From: a virus
Length of the DNA stretch: 64,000 nucleotides
Direction: 5' to 3' (one strand)
IMG/VR virus record: IMGVR_UViG_3300029258_002338
Span: 6,175-70,174 of that record
The notes under the pieces are model-generated. The model was not told the origin of the DNA. It saw only the letters and a list, made by a program, of their open reading frames with translations, and did not search any database. A program made the position numbers and the translations under genes. Every line of letters begins with the position of its first letter. Positions within the stretch are counted from its first letter, which is position 1. Below are positions 9,043-17,252 of the stretch, one piece after another.

Positions 9043-10280
9043 GCGGCTCCCTTGTAGACGAGCATCCCGCCGGCCACGACGGCCGCGGTGACGCCGACGA
9101 AGCCGAAGATGTGGGCCCAGGGGGTGCCGCGGCCAGAGGCCTCTGCGGCGGCTTCCTGGGCTCCGCCGTACTCGGGGGCGCCGGAGGGGGCCGTCTCGGG
9201 GATGAAGCCGCCAGGCTTCTGGGCGGCGGCCTTCTCCATCATGTCGCGCGCCTTGGCGGCCCAGGGGCAGCCCATGTCGAGCGCGCTGTCGAGGACGCCC
9301 ATCGCGGTCGCCTGGTCGCCGGACTTGTAGGCCTGCATGAAGGCCACGGCCTTCCTCTGGCAGGCGGTCATGCCCGGCGTCTTGCCCGAGGGAGAGTTGG
9401 CGGCGGGCTCGGCCCCAGACGGCGTGGCCGCCTGGACGTTGGACATCGCCTGGATGTTGGTCGAGAGCGGAGCCGCCTGCGTGCCGCCACCCCCGCCGTA
9501 CTGCGAGGTGTAGGGCATCTCGCCGATGGCCGGCGCGCCGTAGGTCTGGCAGACGAACCCGTCGTCCCCGCGGATGACGGTGCCCGGCTGCGCGCCGGCG
9601 ATGCCGCCCTCACGGCCGCCACCCGGGGCGTCGTAGGGCCCGGTGCCCGGGGCGTACTTGTTGAAGACGACGCCGTTGCTGTCGACCATCTGCGGCACCA
9701 CCGGCTTGCGGTTCAGCATATGCTGGACCGGCTCGCGCAGGCCGGGGTGGAGCTGGCCGATGCCGGTCTCGGTGACGTAGGTCGCCCGAGCTGGCGCGGC
9801 CGGGATGGCGAGGCCGGCGAGGGTCTCGGGACGCTGGACGCTCAGGCCCTCGGCGAGCTGGTTCACGCCCGAGGGCGAGAGGCCAGCCTCGGCGAGCACG
9901 CCCCGCTGGATCGGGGTGCCGACCTGGAAGGGGACGAGTTCGGGCTCGCCGGTCCGGCGAATGAGGTCGTCCTCCTCGAAGGTCAGGTGCTCGGGAGCCA
10001 TCGGGTCCATCTCGTGGCCCTCGTAGTAGTCCGAGGGGTTCGACGACACGGCGTTGTGGCCGCGGGGGTCGATGAGGGTCCCGGTCGGGTCGGCGACCTT
10101 GCCGTAGGTCCGCGCGACCTCCTTGACGAACCGATTGAGGTCCCGCTGGGCCACCTCGACCGGCTGGCCGAAGCCGTAGTCGTTCCGGCCCACGCCGAAG
10201 TCCCACGGGGCCGAGGGAGCACCGGAGCTACCCAGCGCGTCAGCCTCACCACCCGGAGCGTACCAGAAGTCCTTGTTCAT
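9039..10280 (-). CDS. large Gly/Pro-rich virion protein with C-terminal TM
   Basis: 413 aa; C-terminal IFGFVGVTAAVVAGGMLVY. Confidence 0.65.
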   Translation of the reverse strand: MNKDFWYAPGGEADALGSSGAPSAPWDFGVGRNDYGFGQPVEVAQRDLNRFVKEVARTYGKVADPTGTLIDPRGHNAVSSNPSDYYEGHEMDPMAPEHLTFEEDDLIRRTGEPELVPFQVGTPIQRGVLAEAGLSPSGVNQLAEGLSVQRPETLAGLAIPAAPARATYVTETGIGQLHPGLREPVQHMLNRKPVVPQMVDSNGVVFNKYAPGTGPYDAPGGGREGGIAGAQPGTVIRGDDGFVCQTYGAPAIGEMPYTSQYGGGGGTQAAPLSTNIQAMSNVQAATPSGAEPAANSPSGKTPGMTACQRKAVAFMQAYKSGDQATAMGVLDSALDMGCPWAAKARDMMEKAAAQKPGGFIPETAPSGAPEYGGAQEAAAEASGRGTPWAHIFGFVGVTAAVVAGGMLVYKGAA

Positions 10281-10315
10281 GATCGTCTACCTCTCCTATC
10301 CAGCTACCGCGTTGG

Positions 10316-10564
10316 TCATCTGGTTGCTCTCCCTTCGGCCTTGCCGAGCCTCGAAGCGGCTCGCGTCAGCCGATGTATCCCCATCCGGCAGGGCGCCTTG
10401 GTGCCGCCGGACACGTAGTGCTCGGCGTCCTTGAGATCCTGGTTGACGAAGCTCAGTATCCTACGACACTCGGCATCACAGTTGTCCCGCTTCCTCAACC
10501 GACGAGCACGTTCCCGAAAGAACCGGACTCTCGTCTTGACCGCACGCTCGCAGGACTTCGCCAT
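10316..10564 (-). CDS. small basic Cys-containing protein
   Basis: 82 aa, Arg/Lys-rich, 4 Cys; RBS present. Confidence 0.6.
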   Translation of the reverse strand: MAKSCERAVKTRVRFFRERARRLRKRDNCDAECRRILSFVNQDLKDAEHYVSGGTKAPCRMGIHRLTRAASRLGKAEGRATR

Positions 10565-10567
10565 CGT

Positions 10568-10867
10568 CTACCCTCTCTTCGCCTTCCAGGCTATCCGGCC
10601 ATCGACGATTTGCCTACGATAATCGTCGAAGACGAGGTATCCACAACCTCTACCACCGCCGGCTCCTCCACGCATCTTGCCCGCCAACCGCCTCGCTTGG
10701 GTCAACGTCAACCCCGTCGTGGCGGCCTGATCCGATTCCTTGGTCGCTGAGAGCCTCCCCCGCCTGCCCATGTGGACGCAGACGAAGCGCACCGAGAAGT
10801 GCCGAGCAGGCTCCCTCGGTCCGGTGTCCATCAAGCGGAGCAGTTTTTCGAGGCCACCCTCAGCCAT
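10568..10867 (-). CDS. small basic protein
   Basis: 99 aa; flanked by the direct repeat GGTAGACGATGGC. Confidence 0.6.
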   Translation of the reverse strand: MAEGGLEKLLRLMDTGPREPARHFSVRFVCVHMGRRGRLSATKESDQAATTGLTLTQARRLAGKMRGGAGGGRGCGYLVFDDYRRQIVDGRIAWKAKRG

Positions 10868-10870
10868 CGT

Positions 10871-11425
10871 CTACCTCACCTTCCGCGTCTCCACCCGGCC
10901 TCCGTGGAAGACGGCGTGGATTTCGTGCTTTCGGAACTGTCCGGGAGGCTCCCAGCCAGGGATGGCCGGCGCTTGCGTGGGGTCGAGGGCCATGTAGGCA
11001 CCGGGGTTAGCTCTCGAGTGGACGCCCACGGTGGTGTAGATGTGCCAGTTGCGGTTGTCCGCGCTGATGACCGTGGCGCCCACGCGGTAACCGAGGATCG
11101 CCAGGATCGAGCCGAGGAGGATGACCATGTCGTCGCAGTCGCCGGCCCGGACCTGGAGGGTGCGCTTGGCGGTGGCGTAGAGGTCGTAGTCACGCGGGTC
11201 TTGGCGATAGGCGATGTTGTTCTTGACCCACCAGAAGACGGTGGCGACCTCGGCGTCCTCGCAGGCCCACCCGGCGCACTGCTTGGGCAGGTGGGAGACC
11301 ATCGAGAGCGCGACGGCGCGAGTCTCCGGGTCTCGTTGGGACGCGTCGATCTGCTGGGCGATGAGGTCGAGCCGGTCGTTGATGCCGTGGACGTCTCGGA
11401 CCTGTGCCGTTCCGTAAAGGGCCAT
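10871..11425 (-). CDS. transglutaminase-like (papain-fold) cysteine protease
   Basis: Catalytic-type motifs GDCDD, WHIY and ALDPT (C-H-D triad). Confidence 0.85.
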   Translation of the reverse strand: MALYGTAQVRDVHGINDRLDLIAQQIDASQRDPETRAVALSMVSHLPKQCAGWACEDAEVATVFWWVKNNIAYRQDPRDYDLYATAKRTLQVRAGDCDDMVILLGSILAILGYRVGATVISADNRNWHIYTTVGVHSRANPGAYMALDPTQAPAIPGWEPPGQFRKHEIHAVFHGGRVETRKVR

Positions 11426-11469
11426 CCGAACTCCCGCGTGTCAGAAGGTACACCACCCTCTCGGGAGCC

Positions 11470-11498
11470 AGCTTACCGAGCTATCAGGGGCTTGTCAA
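11470..11498 (-). promoter_or_regulatory. sigma70-type promoter for the structural operon
   Basis: TTGACA (11498-11493), 17 nt, TAAGCT (11475-11470). Confidence 0.7.
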
Positions 11499-13363
11499 GC
11501 AGAAGTTACACTTTCGCCTTCACCTGCGGGCTGGGGCCCGGGCGTGACGGCGTGCTCTGGGGAAACATCTTGCACATCGGGGGGTTGGCTGTCAACCCCC
11601 TCGGGCTCGGTTTCCACCTCGATGACGGGGGGCTCGGGCTCGGAGGCCGAGGGCTCGACGATCTCCACGGTCCCGATGGGGCCCGGGGATCCGGGCTCGC
11701 CGACCATCTCCCCCTGGGCCCGTCTCCAGGCCTTGGGGGGCTTCATGTCGATGTCGTAGTGCTGCCGGTACTGCTCGGCGGCGGCCCACTCGTCCTCGGA
11801 CTCGGCGATGAACTGAGCCAGCTCGACGATGGCGTCCCGCGCCGCGACGATGCGCTCGTCGCTGATGTCGATCTGCCCGGTCTGGCGGAGGTTGACCAGG
11901 ATCCCCACCGTCCCGGCCTCGGCGTTCTCGAACCACTCCTCGGCGGCCTGGATGTTGGCCGTGGTGTGCTTCCAGAGCCGGTAGGCCGCCTCGTGGAGGT
12001 CGCCGTCTTCCTGGGCGATGGTCTTGATGATCCGCTGCATCCCCGAGTCCAGCTTGTCCAGCCGAATCACGACCTGGGGCGGCGCGGCTGCCTGCTCGCC
12101 GTCCGGGTGCGGCATCGGAGGCTGCGGGAGCTGCTGCGGAGGCATCCCCTGGTGAGCGGCCTGCATCGCCGGGTGTGGCATCACCTGACCGGGCATCCCG
12201 GCGACCATCTCCTCCTCCATCTCCGCGCCGCTGTTGAAGGCGGCCTCGGCGACCTGGACGACCCCGCCCAGCACCTCGCGCCCCATCTTGAGCCACGCCG
12301 GCTCGTTGGGGCTCTCCTGTGGCATCAGGTTGTTGGCGACCACGCCCATCACCTGCACGAAGTTGCCCATGAAGTTGGTCATGGTCTCGGCCTGCTTGGC
12401 GAGGCGATCTTCGTCGGACGGCTTGGCGAGCTGCATCTGGAGCATCTTGTCGTAGACGTTGAACATCTCCTTGCGAGACTCGCTGTCGGTCTGCGACTTG
12501 GTCTGCATGAAGGCTCCGACGCCAGCCACGGCCGACCCGAGAGCCCCCACGACGGAGGGAGCGAGGGCCTTGATGGTCTCGGCCGTGTCGTTGCCCTTCT
12601 GGCCGTCCATCAACTTGGCGATCATCTCCTCGTGCCGGCGTTGGGCTTCGAGTGCCTGCTCGCGGAACTCCCGCTGCATATTCTGAAGCTCGGCCTGGCG
12701 CTTCTCCTCGCGACGCTCCTCGCGCTCCTTGTTGCGCTCCTCGCGCAGCCGGCGCACCTCCTCGCTCTCCGCGTCGCCCTTCTGGGGCAGCAGCGCGGCG
12801 AGCAGGGTGTTCGTCGACTGGTTCATCATCATCATCATGTCCGAGGTGCTCATGCTCTGCCCTGACAGCCCCATGTACGAGCTGAAGGCCGGCCCGGCCA
12901 TCCATCCGGGCTGGCCGCCGGGCATCGCCTGCATGGCCATCGGGTTGACGCCCAGTCCGGCCTGCTTGTCGCGCATCGGCTTAGGGTCGAGGGGCGGCCC
13001 GGCGATGTCGTAGAGCGCGGTCTTGTCGGGGAGGCCTGGCACCTTGAAGACCACCTCGTACATCCCACCCCCGGCGTACTCGTTCAGGAGCGGCTCGACG
13101 CCGCCCTGCTGGAGGGTCTGGGGGTTCATGTTGTGGATGATGTCGAGGTACTGCGGGCGCGACGTGACGCTGTCGCGCTTGCGGATCACGAGGCTGACCG
13201 TCTTGGCCGCGTTGGCGGCCTTGTCGATCACGTCGTTGATCTCCCTCAGATCATCCGGCAACGCAGCGTCGGCCGGGTTGCCCACCGACTTGGCGACGGC
13301 CTTCCCGGCTTCCTTGATGACCTCAGCTCCGACCTGTGCGTGGACTTCTTTCTTCGCTGCCAT
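11495..13363 (-). CDS. large coiled-coil, Met/Gln/Pro-rich protein (scaffold/assembly?)
   Basis: 622 aa; charged coiled coil REERNKEREERREEKR; acidic tail; strong RBS. Confidence 0.7.
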   Translation of the reverse strand: MAAKKEVHAQVGAEVIKEAGKAVAKSVGNPADAALPDDLREINDVIDKAANAAKTVSLVIRKRDSVTSRPQYLDIIHNMNPQTLQQGGVEPLLNEYAGGGMYEVVFKVPGLPDKTALYDIAGPPLDPKPMRDKQAGLGVNPMAMQAMPGGQPGWMAGPAFSSYMGLSGQSMSTSDMMMMMNQSTNTLLAALLPQKGDAESEEVRRLREERNKEREERREEKRQAELQNMQREFREQALEAQRRHEEMIAKLMDGQKGNDTAETIKALAPSVVGALGSAVAGVGAFMQTKSQTDSESRKEMFNVYDKMLQMQLAKPSDEDRLAKQAETMTNFMGNFVQVMGVVANNLMPQESPNEPAWLKMGREVLGGVVQVAEAAFNSGAEMEEEMVAGMPGQVMPHPAMQAAHQGMPPQQLPQPPMPHPDGEQAAAPPQVVIRLDKLDSGMQRIIKTIAQEDGDLHEAAYRLWKHTTANIQAAEEWFENAEAGTVGILVNLRQTGQIDISDERIVAARDAIVELAQFIAESEDEWAAAEQYRQHYDIDMKPPKAWRRAQGEMVGEPGSPGPIGTVEIVEPSASEPEPPVIEVETEPEGVDSQPPDVQDVSPEHAVTPGPQPAGEGESVTSA

Positions 13364-13712
13364 CCTTCGCTTCCTTTCTCTGGAGGACTCGGCTCCACGT
13401 CTCGTCGACCGTTGACTCGTCTTCGGCGGCCAGTCCCCACCGAGCCTGGGCTACCGCCGCGATGACCGAAGACGAAAATGCGAGTTGGATCACTTCGAGG
13501 GGGCCGAAGCCCCCAACGAGGCTGATGACGGCGCCTCCCCACCAAGCGTTGCACGCCGGGCAGAAGGCGAGCGCGTCGAGACCACACCACCGCAGCAGCT
13601 TGCGCGCCGGCATCCTCACGAGGAAGCCGATCTTGCTCCCGGTGATGACGTAGGCCACCCCGAGGGCCACGATGCCGACGCTCAGGATGTCGAGGATGAA
13701 GACGATCTGCAT
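13323..13712 (-). CDS. DUF1360-like membrane protein
   Basis: TM helices with an FCPACNAWW (CPxCxxxW) motif. Confidence 0.6.
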   Translation of the reverse strand: MQIVFILDILSVGIVALGVAYVITGSKIGFLVRMPARKLLRWCGLDALAFCPACNAWWGGAVISLVGGFGPLEVIQLAFSSSVIAAVAQARWGLAAEDESTVDETWSRVLQRKEAKDGSEERSPRTGRS

Positions 13713-13719
13713 GGACGTG

Positions 13720-14016
13720 CTACACGAGCGAACGAGCCCTCAAGACGTTCCGCAGTAACGCCACGAAGTCAGCCTTCTCGATGCGACCCTCCTCGAACAT
13801 CTCGAGGATCTGCTCCTCGATCTTGTCGATCACTTCGGCGGCTTCGTCGACTCGCTCTTGCCTCATCGCCTCCACGACCTGCTCGGCGATGGCTTCGGCC
13901 GACGGGATGGTCGTGAAGGTGGTGGCCGGAAGAGGCCGCTGCGGACACGGATTCCAAGGCTGCTGGTCTCCGTCGGGGATCGGTGCCGCGTACATGAATG
14001 TCCCTTCCCAAGTCAT
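13720..14016 (-). CDS. hypothetical protein
   Basis: 98 aa, helical acidic C-terminus, GGAGGA RBS. Confidence 0.55.
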   Translation of the reverse strand: MTWEGTFMYAAPIPDGDQQPWNPCPQRPLPATTFTTIPSAEAIAEQVVEAMRQERVDEAAEVIDKIEEQILEMFEEGRIEKADFVALLRNVLRARSLV

Positions 14017-14025
14017 GTCTTCCTC

Positions 14026-14514
14026 CTAAAAATCCATCTGGCGCTTGCCCGAACGAGAGATCGAGAAGGCCTGCCCGCCGTTGGTGCGGGGCTTGAAGGC
14101 GGGGCACGGGATCCGCTCCATGCCTCCCTCTTGGATGTAGCCCTGGGGGCCGACGTAGCTCGAGTCGGTCACCCAGCGCGAGATGCGCGCGTCCATGTCG
14201 CGGAAGACGAGGGTGCCGTCCCAGGCGTCGCAGAGGCCGTAGGTGGAGGGGTCGCTGTACCACTCCTGCTTGTGGCCTTCTTCCTGTACGGCCTGCCAGA
14301 TGTTCTCGTCCCGCGCGGCCTCCTGGCCGGCGCGGTAGTTGAAGTTCTTGCACTCCCCGCAGGTGTGACGGACCTGCCGGATCGCTTCGACCTCGGCGTC
14401 ACTTGGGGCGATGATGGGGGACTTCGACTGGTCCGCCAGCCGGCGGCGCTCCTCCTCCGTCATCTTCTCGAGCTTCTCCTTCGGAACGACCTCGCCGTAC
14501 TCCCTCTTCGTCAT
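14026..14514 (-). CDS. Cys4 metal-binding protein (paralog A)
   Basis: CGEC...YGLC...IPC. Confidence 0.6.
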   Translation of the reverse strand: MTKREYGEVVPKEKLEKMTEEERRRLADQSKSPIIAPSDAEVEAIRQVRHTCGECKNFNYRAGQEAARDENIWQAVQEEGHKQEWYSDPSTYGLCDAWDGTLVFRDMDARISRWVTDSSYVGPQGYIQEGGMERIPCPAFKPRTNGGQAFSISRSGKRQMDF

Positions 14515-15082
14515 CTCGCTTCCTTTCTACGTAGAGCCCACACCCGAGGGTGGAGTCGTCCACCAGCGCGCGATGCTTGGTGCACAAGCCGACGCGATCC
14601 GGGTCGGGAGACGGCAAGCCGCGAGCGTCGGCCTCCAGCTCGCCCACGTCCTTCCACATCTGGCAGACGCCATTCTCGAAGACGTGGGTCTGCTTCAGGT
14701 ACTCCTCGCGGCCCCGCCGCTTGTCGTTGTAGAAGCAGTCCGCACACGAGACGTCGTGGACGGGTTCCCAGGGGAGGGGAGCGGCGCCCACGACGGGCCG
14801 GATGGCCATCAGCCACCCGCCACCCACGTCGGTCCAAGCGTTCGGCTCCTCCAGGTAGCTGCCTCCGTGCAGCAAGTGGCCGTTGGCGTAGACGTCATGG
14901 ACGACGCCTCGGATGCCCCCTTGGTCCTCGAAGGTCTCGTGCTTCACCTCGACGGTGATGCCCAAGTCGCTGAAATCGGGGGGGTTCTGCTCAGTGCCTT
15001 CACGCTCGACGGGCTCGTCGGAGAAGTCCTTCTTGGCCAACAGGGCATAAGTGTAGCGTGGCGCGTTGACTTTGGTGGACAA
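14399..15082 (-). CDS. Cys4 metal-binding protein (paralog B)
   Basis: Probable TTG start 15082 after GAAGGAGG; CADC...VGLC...LGC pattern resembles the downstream gene. Confidence 0.55.
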   Translation of the reverse strand: MSTKVNAPRYTYALLAKKDFSDEPVEREGTEQNPPDFSDLGITVEVKHETFEDQGGIRGVVHDVYANGHLLHGGSYLEEPNAWTDVGGGWLMAIRPVVGAAPLPWEPVHDVSCADCFYNDKRRGREEYLKQTHVFENGVCQMWKDVGELEADARGLPSPDPDRVGLCTKHRALVDDSTLGCGLYVERKRDDEEGVRRGRSEGEAREDDGGGAPPAGGPVEVPHHRPK

Positions 15083-15158
15083 AACCCCTCCTTCGCGATT
15101 TTTCCGCTTTTCTGAAAAGCGGATGGCCCGGTTTTTGCACTCCAGGCCGAGTGTGGGT

Positions 15159-15187
15159 ATTGTAGTTACACCCCCTCTATCTGTCAA
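15159..15187 (-). promoter_or_regulatory. near-consensus sigma70 promoter
   Basis: TTGACA (15187-15182), 17 nt, TACAAT (15164-15159). Confidence 0.8.
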
Positions 15188-15199
15188 CCCCTAAGTGAA

Positions 15200-15860
15200 G
15201 ATCAAGGTCACTTTCCTCCATAGGGGCTCTCCAGCGAGGTGGGAGAGGGCGGCCCTCGAGGGCTCCCTCGAAGGCTCCCTGGGAGGAGGGAAGAGGCCCT
15301 CGGGAAGGCTCCCTCTCCCTCCCTCCAAATTCTGCTCCTACTGTCAGGAGGTTTTGGATCCATAACCCCCCTCGAGGGAGCCCTAGAAGGGCCATAACTA
15401 CACGTCAGGAATTGTAGGCAACCGGCTACTGCTACATCCACGATGGTTTCGTTATGCGTGAGGCCTCTCAAAAAAGTGCTCAAAAGACCGAAACTATGAC
15501 CAAAACCTCGAGTTGCCACGTATTACGACACACCCATAAAAACAAGAAGGATTACCAAGGCTTACACGAACTACATCGCCTTCCCTCTTATAAGTTTTTA
15601 TTATATATTTTATTATTATTATCTATATATAAGAGAGAGCAGGGCAGCGAGATGACACAGCTTTTCGGAGAGAGGAGGAGGTTTAGGAGTTTTGGTCACG
15701 ACAACAGATCTTGTCTTGCAGGTAGTGTCTAGGTGGAGTCTGTAGGTCAGCTTTAGAGAGAGAAGGGGGGGTTTGGGAAAAAACTCCCTAAACCCCAAAA
15801 CTGGATCTAAGCAAGTAGGATCGTTGAAGAAATAGTTTTTCCCACCCCTGTTCGTAACCT
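15200..15860. other. non-coding region, candidate replication origin
   Basis: Repeated CCCTCGAGGG and GAAGGCTCCCT motifs; ~45-nt nearly pure AT tract at ~15589-15633; directly downstream of the primase-helicase-like gene. Confidence 0.45.
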
Positions 15861-15865
15861 TGGGG

Positions 15866-17107
15866 TCACTCCCCCCAGAAGTACAGCAATGGCGGACGCC
15901 CACCTTTGGAGCTAGAGGGCCCGGGACGCTGCACGACCTCCCCCACTTTCATCAGGGTGTCGAGGGTGGCTCGGGCCTTCCGCTTCGAGAGGTTGGTGTT
16001 CTTGGCGATCTCGGGGCAGCTGGCGCCAGGGTGGCCTCGGAGGTAGGCCTCGATCGTGCTCTCCTCCTGGCGGTCCTCGCTACCCACCACGATGCCGAAC
16101 AGCTCGAGGAGGGATCGCTTCAACAACCCACCGATCTGGAGGGCCCCCTCGACGTCTGACGCGTCGATGTGGACTACCTCTTCTATGGGATGGCGTTGGC
16201 GGGCGAGAGCGAGAGCGGCGGCGATCCTCGAGATCTTGTCTTGGAGCCGCCCCAAGCAGCTGAAGATCTCATTGGGGTACTCCCGCCGGCGAGCCTCCAC
16301 TTCTGCCTCCACCCAATCCGCGATGTACGCCGTCAGGGTGTGTGGGAGGTAGACGAGCCCTCGATCGGATTCGTTGAGTGTTTGGAGCCAGTGGCTCAAC
16401 ATGGTCTCGACGTCGGGGTTGGAGGATCGGTATCGGCGGTAGGTGGCACGGTCGGAGGCCCAGATGGTCATCCGCGGCATGAAGCCCGACCGCCAGTCGC
16501 TCGTCGTCGTCTTCTTGAGGAGGGTGTCGGGAGGGATGCCGCCGAGGATCGAGACGCGGACGCGAGCGATCGTGATGCGCCCGCCGGCCATCGTCTTCCG
16601 ATCCAGCGGGCCGCCATCGTAGGTCGAGAGCAGCCACGAGCCCAACCCGGTCAGGTAGCTCTTGCGGGCCGAGTCGAGCAGGAAGGCCATCTCGTCGTGG
16701 TAGAAGATGCCGATGCCCGCGGTGTCGGGCTCGGCCAGGTAGGTGTGCCACGCTTCTTGCGTCCCGTCCACGGGCATGACGTGTTGGGGCGCGGCTCGGG
16801 CCAAGAGGCTTCGACACAGCTTCATGGCCTGGGTCTTACGGCTGCCCGAGTCACCAACGATCATCGACCACAGCTGGAGGTTCTCCCGGTAGGACCCCTG
16901 GTCCGTACCGATCTGGAGTTCCCACTTGCCCGCCGCGGCGAGGAGGGTGGTCAAGACGGAGCCGAGCTGGAACCACAAGGGAGCGTCCGTGCATCCCTGC
17001 ACGTAGTCCATGTAGTCAGCTACGAACCCCTCGGGGGGTATCAGGGGGAGTACTTCGTCATTGTAGACTGCCCAGGGCTCACGGTACGTCCCCACATCCT
17101 GCGGCAT
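15866..17107 (-). CDS. DUF3987/YfjI-like primase-helicase ATPase with C-terminal wHTH
   Basis: Walker A GDSGSRKT, Walker B FYHDE, SGFMPR; start reassigned to ATG 17107 after GAAAGGGA. Confidence 0.75.
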   Translation of the reverse strand: MPQDVGTYREPWAVYNDEVLPLIPPEGFVADYMDYVQGCTDAPLWFQLGSVLTTLLAAAGKWELQIGTDQGSYRENLQLWSMIVGDSGSRKTQAMKLCRSLLARAAPQHVMPVDGTQEAWHTYLAEPDTAGIGIFYHDEMAFLLDSARKSYLTGLGSWLLSTYDGGPLDRKTMAGGRITIARVRVSILGGIPPDTLLKKTTTSDWRSGFMPRMTIWASDRATYRRYRSSNPDVETMLSHWLQTLNESDRGLVYLPHTLTAYIADWVEAEVEARRREYPNEIFSCLGRLQDKISRIAAALALARQRHPIEEVVHIDASDVEGALQIGGLLKRSLLELFGIVVGSEDRQEESTIEAYLRGHPGASCPEIAKNTNLSKRKARATLDTLMKVGEVVQRPGPSSSKGGRPPLLYFWGE

Positions 17108-17215
17108 GGGCCATCCCTTTCTCAACTTGTAGCACGAGAGGGACCATAGCAGGGCGCCCCCACCGCCGTCAAGGCACATTTGCGAAAAAATCGGCACGAA
17201 CCCCCAATTTTCCGC

Positions 17216-17244
17216 TTGACAGCCCGCTTTAAGCCCTTTAATCT
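17216..17244 (+). promoter_or_regulatory. sigma70 promoter, possibly giving a leaderless helicase mRNA
   Basis: TTGACA-17-TAATCT, ending 8 nt before ATG 17253; no RBS. A second TTGACA-17-TACTAT lies at 17311-17339. Confidence 0.6.
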
Positions 17245-17252
17245 GGCTGACC

